Part shown: positions 31,951 to 42,330 of the stretch, in pieces
How the letters are laid out: each line of letters starts with the position of its first letter
How positions within the stretch are numbered: the first letter of the stretch is position 1
Source of the DNA: Vulcanimicrobiales bacterium
GTDB lineage: Bacteria > Vulcanimicrobiota > Vulcanimicrobiia > Vulcanimicrobiales > Vulcanimicrobiaceae
Reading direction: 5' to 3'
Assembly: GCA_038231455.1 (NCBI GenBank)
Contig: JBBRLI010000004.1
Span: 1-64,000 of the forward strand
Length of the DNA stretch: 64,000 nucleotides
Program-made: the position numbers and the translations under genes
The notes under the pieces: generated by a model
The model's database searches: none
What the model was told of the DNA's origin: nothing
Seen by the model: only the letters and a program-made list of their open reading frames with translations

Positions 31951-32423
31951 GCGGCGCGCGATTTCGTGTACACGTACACCATCGTACGTTGACCTGCAAG
32001 TTCGATTGCTGCAACCGAACGTTCGAATCCGTCGAACGTGCCGTTGCGTTCTGCAGCGCGCATGCGCATGCGGTCGAGTGGAATAATAAATCCGCTCACC
32101 GATGAGCCTTTACGCGGCACCGGAAATGCTTCGTCACCGGCCTGCTCGCGTTCCCAATCGCGCAAGACGGCGGGGATTGCAGCGAGTTCTTCGCCGAATG
32201 CGAGACGGCGCGCGGCATCCGTTGCAAGTTCGCCGCACGAAAACACAAGCGACGTATGACCGAACGGAGTGTGACGACCATCACCACGATGGGGTACGAG
32301 GGAAATGCTCAAAGAAGCGTCCTCTATAACGCGGGAATTCGAGGCATCACGCCTCACTAAAATATCATCGGCGGAAGCAACTGCAAAAATGAGATGCGCT
32401 GTGTCACTTCCAGTGCAATCCAT
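31947..32423 (-). CDS. Hypothetical protein (start uncertain)
   Basis: Only ORF filling the gap downstream of the Ldh_2 gene; no recognised motif. Confidence 0.5.
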   Translation of the reverse strand: MDCTGSDTAHLIFAVASADDILVRRDASNSRVIEDASLSISLVPHRGDGRHTPFGHTSLVFSCGELATDAARRLAFGEELAAIPAVLRDWEREQAGDEAFPVPRKGSSVSGFIIPLDRMRMRAAERNGTFDGFERSVAAIELAGQRTMVYVYTKSRAA

Positions 32424-32442
32424 ACAGAACGTTTACGAAACG

Positions 32443-33540
32443 TCAGGTCTTTGCGATCGCGAAGGGGATCCCCAAACGCGCGGCCATCGTTTCGAGACCC
32501 GCCCACACCTTGATGTGGACGGGCACGCCGTTTCGCCGATTGAATTCCGTTTTCTCGTGTTCGATCTCCCCGGCGACGTAGATGCGATCCTGGCCCGGCG
32601 CCTTGGCCGAATCTTTGAACGCGCGCAGTTCGGTGTCCATATCCGCGCGGAAGCGATCGAGATCGCGAAAGCGATCGATGCGAAACGCCGCAAACCAGTG
32701 CGAGATCGCACCCGCGGTCGGCGGGTCGCTCGGGAGCGGCAGGCCGGTGCCAAACGCCCCGCCCGTCATCACCCCACATAAGATGTCGACGAGAAGTCCA
32801 AGGCCGAAGCCTTTATGGCCGCCGCCGTCAACGCCCAGGCCCCCGAGCGGGAGCAGGGCGCCTTGAAGCGCCGCTTTGGGATCGAGGGTTTCCACGCCGT
32901 TCTCGTCGATCGCCCAACCCGGGTTGAGCGGCTTGCCTTTGCGCTCGTTCACTTCGATCTTGCCGCGCGGGACGGTCGTCGTCGCAAAGTCGAGCACGAA
33001 CGCGGGCTCGTTCATCGCTGGAACGGCAAAGGCGAGCGGATTCGTGCCGATCGTCATGCCGCGTCCGTAGGTGGCTGCGCCGAGCCGCACGGAATTCGTC
33101 GATGCGATGCCGACCATGCCGTGATCGAGCGCCAGCATCGCATAGTACCCGGCGATCCCGTAGTGGTTCGAATTGCGCACCCCGCCGAACGCTGCGCCCG
33201 AAGCACCGGCTTTTGCGACGATCGCCTCCATCGTGCGCTTTGCGGCCGGGTGCCCAAGACCGTTGCCGGCATCGACCACAAGCGAGGTCGGCGTCTCGCG
33301 TACCGTGCTCACCTCCGGCGTGGCGCTCAGCGAGCCGTCTTGAATCCGCTTCACATAAAACGCGTCCAGGCGGGCGACGCCATGCGATTCAACGCCGCGT
33401 AGATCGGCGGTCACGAGCACCTCGGCGACGATCTGCGCATCGGCCTGCGCGACGCCAACCGTCGTGAGGGCAGCCGCGACGAACGACCGCAAATCGGCTT
33501 CGCCTGCAAGTCGGTAGTCGGTCGTGAGGACTTCGGCCAT
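32443..33540 (-). CDS. Type 2 malate/L-lactate dehydrogenase family (Ldh_2, AllD/ComC-like)
   Basis: ADLRGVESHG, RNSNHYG, GTNPLA, LDFATT, GHKGFGL. Confidence 0.93.
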   Translation of the reverse strand: MAEVLTTDYRLAGEADLRSFVAAALTTVGVAQADAQIVAEVLVTADLRGVESHGVARLDAFYVKRIQDGSLSATPEVSTVRETPTSLVVDAGNGLGHPAAKRTMEAIVAKAGASGAAFGGVRNSNHYGIAGYYAMLALDHGMVGIASTNSVRLGAATYGRGMTIGTNPLAFAVPAMNEPAFVLDFATTTVPRGKIEVNERKGKPLNPGWAIDENGVETLDPKAALQGALLPLGGLGVDGGGHKGFGLGLLVDILCGVMTGGAFGTGLPLPSDPPTAGAISHWFAAFRIDRFRDLDRFRADMDTELRAFKDSAKAPGQDRIYVAGEIEHEKTEFNRRNGVPVHIKVWAGLETMAARLGIPFAIAKT

Positions 33541-33613
33541 CAAGGCGGATTCTGCGAGCGGAGCACCAGCCCCCCAAGAGGCACGGGGGCGCGCGAGCAG
33601 GTAGCTACTCCCG

Positions 33614-35017
33614 GTGAACGATCTGCGCACGGCGCTCTCGGGCGTCGTCGACCCCGCCGGGATTCTCAGCACCGCCGAAGACCTTATCGCCTACGGATTC
33701 GACGGGACATTTTACCAGAACACCCCGCCGCTCGTCGTTCTCCCCACGACCACCGCGCAAGTCGTCGCGATCCACCAGTTCGCTCATGCCCGCCGCATCC
33801 CAATCACGCCGCGTGCGATGGGCAGTGGTCTTTCGGGCGGCGCAATTCCGCTCGGCGGCAGCATCGTGCTGGGCGTTGCGCGGATGAACCGCATTATCGA
33901 GATCGATGAAGTCAATCACGTTGCGGTGGTCCAGCCGGGCGTGATCAACGCGCATCTACAAACCGAAGTCGAAAAGCGCGGCCTCTTCTATCCGCCCGAT
34001 CCCTCGAGTCTCAAACAGTCGGCGATCGGTGGAAACGTTGCGGAGAACGCGGGCGGCGCACGCTGCCTCAAATACGGCGTCACCGGCGACTACGTGCTCG
34101 CGCTCGAAATCGTGCTGCCGGACGGCACGCTCATCCGCACCGGCGGCAAGATGGTCAAGAACGTCACCGGCTACAATTTACGCGCACTCTTCACGGGCTC
34201 CGAAGGCACGCTCGGCACGATCACCGAGGTCACGCTCAAACTCATTGCCAAGCCGAAGTTCGCGCGCATGGCCGTCGCGGTTTTCGATCGGATTGCCGAT
34301 GCAGCGACGTGCGTGACCGCGATCATGTCGACCGGCATCGTGCCGACGTCGATCGAGATGCTCGACAATCTCACGATGCGCTGCGTCGAGGCGGCAAAGC
34401 CGATCGGCCTTCCACTCGATGCCGATGCGATCTTGATCTTTGGCGCCGACGGCAACTACGAAGAGATCGTCAACGCAGAAGTCGCCACGATCGCAACGAT
34501 CGCTCGCGAACACCGCGCGCGCGATGTTACCGTCGCGCAGAACGCTGAGGAATCCGAACGGCTCTGGAACGCGCGCCGCTCGATTTCTCCCGCTCTCGCG
34601 CAGCAGCGGCCGAACAAGCTCGGCGAGGACATCGCAATTCCGCGCAGCGCGATTCCGCGCATGGTCGAACGCTGTCGCGAGATTTCCGTGAAGTATACTT
34701 TGCCGGTGCCCGTCTACGGTCACGTCGGCGACGGCAACCTGCATCCGAACATCCTCTGCGATAAGACCGATAAAGAAGAAATGCTGCGCGTGCGTGATGC
34801 GGCGCGCGAAATCTTCGAGGCGGCGATCGAACTTGGCGGCACGCTCTCGGGCGAGCACGGGATCGGAATGCTCAAAAAGCAGTTCATGGAACTGGACCTC
34901 GGTACCGACGCACTCGAACTGATGCGGAAAATCAAAAACGCGATCGATCCGCTCGGCATCATGAACCCCGGTAAAGTGTTCCCCGAACCCGGCGGTGCGG
35001 ATGCGTTTACGCTCTGA
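33614..35017 (+). CDS. glcD: FAD-linked 2-hydroxyacid oxidase, GlcD-like
   Basis: YPPDPSS, IGGNVAENAGG..LKYGVT, GSEGTLG, GHVGDGNLHP, SGEHGIG, NPGK. Confidence 0.9.
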   Translation: MNDLRTALSGVVDPAGILSTAEDLIAYGFDGTFYQNTPPLVVLPTTTAQVVAIHQFAHARRIPITPRAMGSGLSGGAIPLGGSIVLGVARMNRIIEIDEVNHVAVVQPGVINAHLQTEVEKRGLFYPPDPSSLKQSAIGGNVAENAGGARCLKYGVTGDYVLALEIVLPDGTLIRTGGKMVKNVTGYNLRALFTGSEGTLGTITEVTLKLIAKPKFARMAVAVFDRIADAATCVTAIMSTGIVPTSIEMLDNLTMRCVEAAKPIGLPLDADAILIFGADGNYEEIVNAEVATIATIAREHRARDVTVAQNAEESERLWNARRSISPALAQQRPNKLGEDIAIPRSAIPRMVERCREISVKYTLPVPVYGHVGDGNLHPNILCDKTDKEEMLRVRDAAREIFEAAIELGGTLSGEHGIGMLKKQFMELDLGTDALELMRKIKNAIDPLGIMNPGKVFPEPGGADAFTL

Positions 35018-35474
35018 GGTCGCCCTCCGGGTGGGGCCGACCGCCGATGACCTCACGTGCGCGCGCAACTTCGCGCGGATGTGGCAATCGATGGGCGTCC
35101 CCGCCTCCGATTTGCGCGACGACTTCATTCCCTGGACGCTCGACCGCATTCGCGAGGCGCGAATCTCGTCGGCGTTTCGCAGCGTCATTGCGGAAGTTGA
35201 CGGTGCGATTGTCGGCAGCGCGTGCTCGAACCTTACCGACGACTATCCGATGTACGCCGCGCACGCCAAACGCAAGATCGGCGTTATCTGGGCCGTCTTT
35301 GTCGAACACGATCATCGCGGAGGCGGGATCGCCAAAGCCATGATGCACGATACCATCGCGTACTTGCGCGAAATCGATTGCGCCGTTGCGCGACTGCGCG
35401 CCTCACACGCAGGCGGTCACGTCTACCGGAGCCTCGGCTTCTCCGCGAGCAACGAGATGGAACTGTCGCTCTAA
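35001..35474 (+). CDS. GNAT N-acetyltransferase
   Basis: VFVEHDHRGGGIA; LRAS.AG..VYRSLGF. Confidence 0.88.
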   Translation: MRLRSEVALRVGPTADDLTCARNFARMWQSMGVPASDLRDDFIPWTLDRIREARISSAFRSVIAEVDGAIVGSACSNLTDDYPMYAAHAKRKIGVIWAVFVEHDHRGGGIAKAMMHDTIAYLREIDCAVARLRASHAGGHVYRSLGFSASNEMELSL

Positions 35475-36226
35475 TGCGGCGGAAGGATCGCCGGCGGAAC
35501 GTCGGCGTCCGCGGCCTTCTTTGAAAACGAATCTTCGAGTAAACGAATCTGCCAGTTGACCGTCGTGCGTTTGGCTTGTTCGATGTCGCTTGTTCGAATG
35601 CGTTGCCCGAGCGATCCGGCAATCGGCATGAGGTAGTGGCGGTCGTAGACGATCGCGGCGCGCATCTCAACGGGTGATGCGATGCCTTTGCCGGTGATCG
35701 AACGCTCGAAACGCACGATCGACCGCTCGCCCACGACCTCGCTTGTCTCGTACGTCGTCGTCTCCGTCCCGCTCGCCTGGGCGTGTTCTTCGGTCCACTT
35801 CGAACCGACGACGGCGATGTGTTCGTCGAACACATGGCGCGCACACAACCGTAAGAGTTCGAGCGATTCGGGCATGAGTGTATTTTTTTGATCGAAGAGC
35901 ACACGCCCATCGTCGAAGACGGCGACGCGTGTTCGCGGCGTCGTCCGCGCTTGCGCGTCTTCGGTAAGGTCGATAACGAGCGCGCCGTCGGTCGTTACCG
36001 AGAGGACGTCGAGCACGATCGTGCCGTTGTTGACGATGCCGGAAACGCCGAAGTCTTCGCTGTTGCCGCCGTTCTGTCCGAAGCCCGAACGTTTCACTTC
36101 CGTAATCGTCGAGGCGCCGGCACGCACGGAATACACAAGATGCCGCATGGGCTTGGGTGCATCGGCTGCACCCGCGGCCGCGGTGAGCGCCGTAACGAAC
36201 GTCGCGACGAGGGCTACGGCGCGCAC
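35471..36226 (-). CDS. Hypothetical secreted protein
   Basis: Signal peptide; starts 2 bp after the arginase stop. Confidence 0.7.
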   Translation of the reverse strand: MRAVALVATFVTALTAAAGAADAPKPMRHLVYSVRAGASTITEVKRSGFGQNGGNSEDFGVSGIVNNGTIVLDVLSVTTDGALVIDLTEDAQARTTPRTRVAVFDDGRVLFDQKNTLMPESLELLRLCARHVFDEHIAVVGSKWTEEHAQASGTETTTYETSEVVGERSIVRFERSITGKGIASPVEMRAAIVYDRHYLMPIAGSLGQRIRTSDIEQAKRTTVNWQIRLLEDSFSKKAADADVPPAILPPH

Positions 36227-36228
36227 CG

Positions 36229-37140
36229 CTAGAGCGTCGTCTTGCCGAGCGCGGAGAGAATCAATTCAACGGCAAGGATCGCCGTTTGATTGTGCGAGTC
36301 GAGGATCGGATTGATCTCGGTGATCTCGAGCGATCCGAGCGTCTTCGATGCGGCGATGACTTCCATCATGAGATGCGCTTCGCGATACGTGATCCCACCG
36401 CGCACGGCCGTTCCGACGCCCGGCGCTTCGCTCGGATCGATGCCATCCATATCGAAGGACACGTGCACGGAATTTTCGCCGTCGGAGACGAGGGCGATCG
36501 CCTCATCGATCACGCGCGACATCCCCATCCGATCGATGTCGGCCATCGCGTACGCCTTGACGCCAAGCTCGCGAATCGCGCGCTTTTCACCGGCATCGAC
36601 GTCGCGTAGCCCGATCAGCACGCTGCGCTTGGGATCGACGTGATGGTCTTCGATCGCAAAGGCGAGCGGCATGCCGTGAACGTTGCCCGAGGGCGAGGTC
36701 ATCGGCGTATTGATATCGCCATGCGCGTCGACCCAAATCAAGCCGGGACGCTTCTTGCGACCGCGCGCAACGCCCGCGATCGTGCCCATCGCAATCGAGT
36801 GATCGCCGCCGAGCACGAGTGGGAAACCGCCCGCAAGGATCGATTGCTCGACGACTCCGGCGAGTTCTTCGCAGACCGCTTTAATGATCGGGAAATACTT
36901 GGCATTGGCAACTTCCGCACTCGCCGACTCCGGGACCGGGACGCGCAGGTTGCCGTGATCCGTCGTTGAGATGCCGAGCGCCTCGAGCGACTCTTTGAGG
37001 CGCGCATAGCGGATCGCCGAGGGCCCCATGTCAACACCGCGCCGGTCGGCGCCCAAATCCATCGGAACGCCGATCACATCGACGTGCGCGATGCGCGGTA
37101 CGGGTTCGCCAGCCGGCGTGAGGCGCGGTAAAGTTTCCAT
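36229..37140 (-). CDS. rocF: Arginase
   Basis: [41 protein letters not shown]. Confidence 0.95.
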   Translation of the reverse strand: METLPRLTPAGEPVPRIAHVDVIGVPMDLGADRRGVDMGPSAIRYARLKESLEALGISTTDHGNLRVPVPESASAEVANAKYFPIIKAVCEELAGVVEQSILAGGFPLVLGGDHSIAMGTIAGVARGRKKRPGLIWVDAHGDINTPMTSPSGNVHGMPLAFAIEDHHVDPKRSVLIGLRDVDAGEKRAIRELGVKAYAMADIDRMGMSRVIDEAIALVSDGENSVHVSFDMDGIDPSEAPGVGTAVRGGITYREAHLMMEVIAASKTLGSLEITEINPILDSHNQTAILAVELILSALGKTTL

Positions 37141-37146
37141 TCTTGC

Positions 37147-38337
37147 CTATTTCGTGGGCGCGGCGATCCGTCCCGGTTCGGTGACGTCGAGCGGCTCTTT
37201 GGTAACGCCGGGTTTGGCTTCGGCGATGCTCGCCTTCATCGGGATAAAGTGCACGAGCAGGACGCGGATCATCGCGGCAATCGGCACCGCAAGAAACATC
37301 CCGCCAATGCCAAGCAGCTCCCCGCCGATGAGGATCGCGATCACCACCCAGAGTGGCGAGAGGCCGACCGAGTCGCTCACGATCTTCGGCGCGATGAAGT
37401 GGCCTTCGAGTTGGAAGATCGCGATGAAGGCGATGGCAACGTAGCCCGCATGCACGAACGCGGCCTGCGAGACGCCGTCTTGGAAGAGGGCGAGCAGCAC
37501 CGAAGGCACGAAACCGACGACCGCGCCGACGTATGGAATCACATCGAGCAGACCCGCGAAAACGCCGATGAGCACCGCGTATTTGATGTGAAAGAGCAAC
37601 AGCACGATCGTGATGCAAACACCGATCGTCGCGCCGACGGTGAACTGTCCACGGATGAACCCGCCGAGAACTTTTTCTAAGTCGGCGACGACCGCAAGCG
37701 TCTTGGGCCGCGCTTTGACCGGGATCGCCGCGATCGCGTAGCGCTTAAGGTTTTCCGCATCGAGCATCATATACGCCGAGAGCACGGGGATCACGATGCA
37801 CGTCGCAACGAGGGCAACGGTCGAGAGCAAGAGGCCAACGGCTTTGGTCGCCGCCTCACCCGCATAGTGCTGCGTAAATTTGCTTGCTTCCGTCGGCAGC
37901 GTGATGATGTATTCGCGGACACTCAGCGGAAAATGACGGAAGACGGGATTTTCCGGATTGCTGATCCAGGCGGTCGCATTCTTTTCGATCGTCGGATAGT
38001 TCGCAACCAAATCTTTGATATCGGTTGAGAGCGGCGGCACGATCACGGCGATTCCGATCCCGATCACCAGCGCAATACCAAAATAAACGATGCCGATCGC
38101 AGCGCCCAGCGGCATCCGCTCGTTCAGGCGCCGCACGAGCGGATACACGACGTACGTGAAAAAAATCGCACCGATGATGATGACGGCAACCGACGAAACT
38201 CGCGAAAGAAACGAGAGCACGTTGATGAGCATGAAGGCACTTAGCGCAATGAGCGCGAGGATCTTCAGCGCATACGTCACGCGTCGCTCGCCGCGGGAGA
38301 TCGGGCGCCGCGGCCGCGCGACGGTCTGCTTTATCAT
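37147..38337 (-). CDS. AI-2E family transporter
   Basis: GFIRGQ, IPYVG, QLEG..I.PKI, GGELLGI.GMFLAVP. Confidence 0.92.
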   Translation of the reverse strand: MIKQTVARPRRPISRGERRVTYALKILALIALSAFMLINVLSFLSRVSSVAVIIIGAIFFTYVVYPLVRRLNERMPLGAAIGIVYFGIALVIGIGIAVIVPPLSTDIKDLVANYPTIEKNATAWISNPENPVFRHFPLSVREYIITLPTEASKFTQHYAGEAATKAVGLLLSTVALVATCIVIPVLSAYMMLDAENLKRYAIAAIPVKARPKTLAVVADLEKVLGGFIRGQFTVGATIGVCITIVLLLFHIKYAVLIGVFAGLLDVIPYVGAVVGFVPSVLLALFQDGVSQAAFVHAGYVAIAFIAIFQLEGHFIAPKIVSDSVGLSPLWVVIAILIGGELLGIGGMFLAVPIAAMIRVLLVHFIPMKASIAEAKPGVTKEPLDVTEPGRIAAPTK

Positions 38338-38789
38338 GAGAGCTTCACCGGGATCGCTTTTCGTAAGACTCCGACGAGCGGCGGCACGATTGCGGCGCCT
38401 GCGGCCCGGAGCACCTCGGAGTACCACGTTTTCTTGTAGCCGTCATCGAGGTCGAGCACGGCCATAAACACCCGATGACGCGTGGCGATCGTTTGGCTCC
38501 ACGCGCGGAGCCGATCCGCCGCACCCGGCCGCTGCGCTTCGATTTCGGCGAGCACCGCCGCGTCATCCGCGCCATGCGCGTCGACGATGGACATGAAGCG
38601 GCGGTAGCTCAACCCCGCCGTCTTGAGAAATTCCGCGTCGATCGGACTCTGGCCGTAGAGATACACGCCAAGCGTCCCGGCACGCAGCGCGCGCGCCTTG
38701 TCGATGAAGCGCGGGAGCCACTGGACGCCTCCCACGGCTTCGGTCCAACGACGCGGCGGACCGGAACGAAGATCGGGTGCAGCTTGCAT
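38334..38789 (-). CDS. DUF5069-like protein
   Basis: PDL..PPRRW, WLPRFIDKARA..GTLG.Y, terminal DLDD. Confidence 0.75.
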   Translation of the reverse strand: MQAAPDLRSGPPRRWTEAVGGVQWLPRFIDKARALRAGTLGVYLYGQSPIDAEFLKTAGLSYRRFMSIVDAHGADDAAVLAEIEAQRPGAADRLRAWSQTIATRHRVFMAVLDLDDGYKKTWYSEVLRAAGAAIVPPLVGVLRKAIPVKLS

Positions 38790-38846
38790 CCTCGACGCTT
38801 CGCGGATGCTGGAGGCCAACCCGTCCGAAAGGCGTAGTGGACTGCG

Positions 38847-39878
38847 ATGTTCTCACGACGCACGCCGAACCTCGCTAGAGCGGCGCTTCTCTCATGTGCG
38901 CTGCTCGCGGGTTGCGCGGGCGCGAAGACCGCCGGCGCTCCCACCGGGCCGCGCCTGGGCATGGTCACCGACGTCGGCGGCCTTGGCGACCGCTCGTTCA
39001 ACGATTCGGCGTACGCGGGCTTGCAGGCGGCAAAAGAAAAGCTCAACGCACAGATTCAAGTCGTACCCTCGCGTTCGGCGAGCGACTATCAGCCCAATTT
39101 GCTGCTTCTTGCGACCAAAGAATATCAGGAAGTCTTCGCCATCGGCTTTCTCATGGCAAAAGATCTCAGCGAAGTCGCCGCTAGCCACCCGAAGACGCAC
39201 TTCGCGATCATCGACGCGGTCGTCGATCTGCCCAACGTCGCCTCGGTGACGTTCAAAGAAGAAGAAGGCTCGTTTCTGGCCGGCGCCGCCGCGGCGCTCG
39301 TTACCAAAACGAAGACCGTCGCCTTTTTAGGCGGCATCGATATCCCACTCTTACGCAAATTCGAGGCGGGGTTCATCGCCGGCGTGCACCAGATCGATCC
39401 GAAAATCAACGTGCTCGTGAAGTACACCGGCAGTTTCGATGACGTCGCGGCCGGTAAGGAACTCGGCGGCGTCCTCTTCGACCAAGGCGCCGACATCATC
39501 TTCGTCGCGGCGGGCAAAGCGGGGCTCGGCGCAATCGAGCAAGTGAAATCCCGACCCAATCGCTTCGTGATCGGTGTCGACTCCAATCAAGACGCGATCG
39601 CGCCGGGAAAAATTCTTACGAGCATGATCAAACGCGTCGACGTCGGCGTCTTGCGCGTCAGCGAACAAGCAGCATCGGAGAAACCCGCGAGCGGCCACGT
39701 GATCTTGGGACTCAAAGACGACGGCGTCGGCCTGACGGATTTCAAGTATACGAAGTCGGCGATGACGGCGGCGAAGTTCGCGCAACTCGATACGATTAAA
39801 GCCGCGATCGTCGCCGGCAAAGTCGTTCCGCCTGCGACGCGTGAGGAGCTCGCGACATTCAAACGAGTCGCGCTCTAG
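38847..39878 (+). CDS. BMP family ABC substrate-binding lipoprotein (nucleoside-type)
   Basis: Lipobox LAGC; GGLGDRSFN, EEEGSFLAG, IGVDSNQ, LTSMIKRVD. Confidence 0.93.
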   Translation: MFSRRTPNLARAALLSCALLAGCAGAKTAGAPTGPRLGMVTDVGGLGDRSFNDSAYAGLQAAKEKLNAQIQVVPSRSASDYQPNLLLLATKEYQEVFAIGFLMAKDLSEVAASHPKTHFAIIDAVVDLPNVASVTFKEEEGSFLAGAAAALVTKTKTVAFLGGIDIPLLRKFEAGFIAGVHQIDPKINVLVKYTGSFDDVAAGKELGGVLFDQGADIIFVAAGKAGLGAIEQVKSRPNRFVIGVDSNQDAIAPGKILTSMIKRVDVGVLRVSEQAASEKPASGHVILGLKDDGVGLTDFKYTKSAMTAAKFAQLDTIKAAIVAGKVVPPATREELATFKRVAL

Positions 39879-41317
39879 CACTCGAACTCCGCGGGATTCA
39901 CAAACGGTACGGCGCGGTTGCCGCCGTTGAGGGCGTCGACCTCGATTGCACGCCCGGTGAGATTCACGCGCTCGTCGGAGAAAACGGCGCGGGCAAATCC
40001 ACGCTCGCAGCGATCGCCTACGGCAGCGTGACGCCGGATTCGGGAACGATTCACGCAAGCGGCATCGTCGGTCTGGTTCATCAGCATTTCAAATTGATCG
40101 ATCGCCTTCGGGTGTGGGAGAACGTGCTGCTCGGTCGCGAACCCAAGCGCGGTTTTACCATCGACGTTCCGGCCGCGCGCGCGCGGGTGCGCGAGCTGTG
40201 CGCGACGTACGGGCTCGAACTCGATCCCGATGCGCGCGTCGAGTCGCTTCCAATCGCGGTCCGACAACGCGTCGAGCTCGTACGCGAACTGCAACGCGAA
40301 CCCGCGGTGCTGCTGCTCGACGAGCCGACGGCGGCACTTGCGCCAAGCGAGATCGACGCGTTCTTCGCGACCATTCGGGCCCTTGCGGCACGCGGTACCG
40401 CAATTTTGATCGTGACGCACAAACTCGGCGAGGTCATCACGCACGCCGATCGCGTGACCGTCATGCGCGCGGGGAAAATCGTTACCTCAATGAGCGTCGC
40501 TGAAACGAACGTCGATGCGATCGCGCGCGCGATGGTCGGCGGCGACTTACCGCAAATCACACCGCATCTCGCGACGACGCTCGAGCCCGCGCTTGCCGTC
40601 GAGCGCCTCACCGCCGGCACCGGCGCGGGCGCACTCGTCGATGCAAGTTTCGCCGTCCGCGCGGGCGAGATCGTCGGCATCGCGGGAATCGAGGGAAACG
40701 GACAATCCGCGCTCGCCGATGCGCTCGCGGGGGTGATCGACTACAGCGGACGCATCGCCCTTGCGAGAACCGAACTCGCGGCGCGCGTCTCGCCGGCGGC
40801 GCGTTTGCGTCTTGGCATGCGGGCGATTCCGCAGGACCGTCACGCAGAAGCGCTCGTCCTCGATTGGTCCGTCGCCGACAATGCGGCGCTCGGCAGCCAG
40901 CGCATGCTCCGTGGCGGCGCACTCGTGGACCGCGCACGCACGCAGGCGTTCGCGCAATCGATCGTCGAGCGCTACGACGTACGTCCGCCCAGTCCAAGCG
41001 CCCGTATCGGCGCGCTCTCGGGCGGTAACCAGCAGAAAGTCGTCGTCGGGCGCGCGCTCGAGAGCGATCCCAAGTTTGTCCTTGCCTATCAACCGACGCG
41101 CGGCATCGACATCGGCGCTGCGGCGCTCGTCCAGTCGCGCTTGATCGAAGCGCGCAACGCAGGCGTCGCCGTGCTGTTGATCTCATTCGAACTCGACGAA
41201 ATTCTCACGCTTGCGGACCGCGTGCTCGTCATGTACGGCGGCCGCATCGTCGGCGCGTTCGAACGCGGCGCACTCGACCGCTCGCGCATCGGTGCGTTGA
41301 TGGCGGGCGCGACGTGA
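39857..41317 (+). CDS. CUT2-type ABC ATPase (two domains), probable ATT start
   Basis: Walker A GENGAGKST is in frame upstream of the listed ORF start at 40028; also LLDEPT, LSGGNQQK, QPTRGID. Confidence 0.9.
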   Translation: MQTSRALALELRGIHKRYGAVAAVEGVDLDCTPGEIHALVGENGAGKSTLAAIAYGSVTPDSGTIHASGIVGLVHQHFKLIDRLRVWENVLLGREPKRGFTIDVPAARARVRELCATYGLELDPDARVESLPIAVRQRVELVRELQREPAVLLLDEPTAALAPSEIDAFFATIRALAARGTAILIVTHKLGEVITHADRVTVMRAGKIVTSMSVAETNVDAIARAMVGGDLPQITPHLATTLEPALAVERLTAGTGAGALVDASFAVRAGEIVGIAGIEGNGQSALADALAGVIDYSGRIALARTELAARVSPAARLRLGMRAIPQDRHAEALVLDWSVADNAALGSQRMLRGGALVDRARTQAFAQSIVERYDVRPPSPSARIGALSGGNQQKVVVGRALESDPKFVLAYQPTRGIDIGAAALVQSRLIEARNAGVAVLLISFELDEILTLADRVLVMYGGRIVGAFERGALDRSRIGALMAGAT

Positions 41318-42330
41318 GACGTATTCCGCGCGGCTTGCGCGACGCGCTGCTCGCCGTCGTGTTGGTCTTCGTCGTCGGCAGCATCGCGATGCTCGTCGCG
41401 CATGCAAGCCCGCTGGCCGGCTTCGGCGCGCTCATCGGCGGCGCGCTCGGGAGTCCCGGGGAACTGGGCGAGACGCTCGTACAGACGACCGCCCTGCTCT
41501 TTCCGGCGCTCGGAATCACGATCGCATTTCGGGCCGGGCTCTTCAACATCGGTGCCGAGGGACAACTCGTGCTCGGCGGATTGCTCGCGGGCTACGTCGC
41601 GGCTGCGCTCCCGATCACCGGCATCATTGCGATACCGGTGGTTCTCGCAGCCGGTGCGCTTGGCGGCGGCGTCTGGGGCGCACTTGCCGGCTTTTTGAAA
41701 GCACGCTTCGGCGCAAACGAAGTGATCGCAACCTTGATGCTCAACGTCATCGCCGGGCTACTCGCGACGTACATCGTGAACGGTCCCTTTAAGATGAACG
41801 GCGCCACCGCCGGTGAGACAGCTTCGATTCCGCGCGGCTCGTGGCTGCCGTCCCTCATCCCCGATACACGCCTCACGATCGCGTTCATCATTGCAATCGC
41901 AATCGCGCTCCTCTTACGTTTCGTCCTCGCGCGGACTGTCTTCGGCTACGAGTTACGCGCGGCGGGCGATGCACCGGAAGCGGCTAAGCGCGCGGGGATC
42001 GACCTCTCGCGCATGGCGCTTATCGCAATGTCGCTCTCGGGTGCGATTGCGGGCCTCGGCGGCGCGGCGATCGTGCTCGGCGTTCTGCACCGCTTCAACA
42101 CGGCGCTCTCGCCCGGCTACGGCTTTATCGCAATCGCCGTTGCGCTCGTCGGCAACCTCGACCCGCTGTTCGTCACGATCGCCGCGTTTGCGTTCGGCGT
42201 GTTGCAGAGCGGCGCACTCTCGATGCAAGCCGAAGCGCAAGTGCCAAAAGACGTCGTCGCGATCGTCGAGGGCGTCGTCATCATCGCCCTTGCCGGCCGC
42301 CGCTATTTGAATCGCGGAGGCGACCGCTGA
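41314..42330 (+). CDS. Nucleoside ABC transporter permease 1
   Basis: FRAGLFNIGAEGQ, NEVIATLMLN, GYELRA.G. Confidence 0.92.
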   Translation: MRRIPRGLRDALLAVVLVFVVGSIAMLVAHASPLAGFGALIGGALGSPGELGETLVQTTALLFPALGITIAFRAGLFNIGAEGQLVLGGLLAGYVAAALPITGIIAIPVVLAAGALGGGVWGALAGFLKARFGANEVIATLMLNVIAGLLATYIVNGPFKMNGATAGETASIPRGSWLPSLIPDTRLTIAFIIAIAIALLLRFVLARTVFGYELRAAGDAPEAAKRAGIDLSRMALIAMSLSGAIAGLGGAAIVLGVLHRFNTALSPGYGFIAIAVALVGNLDPLFVTIAAFAFGVLQSGALSMQAEAQVPKDVVAIVEGVVIIALAGRRYLNRGGDR

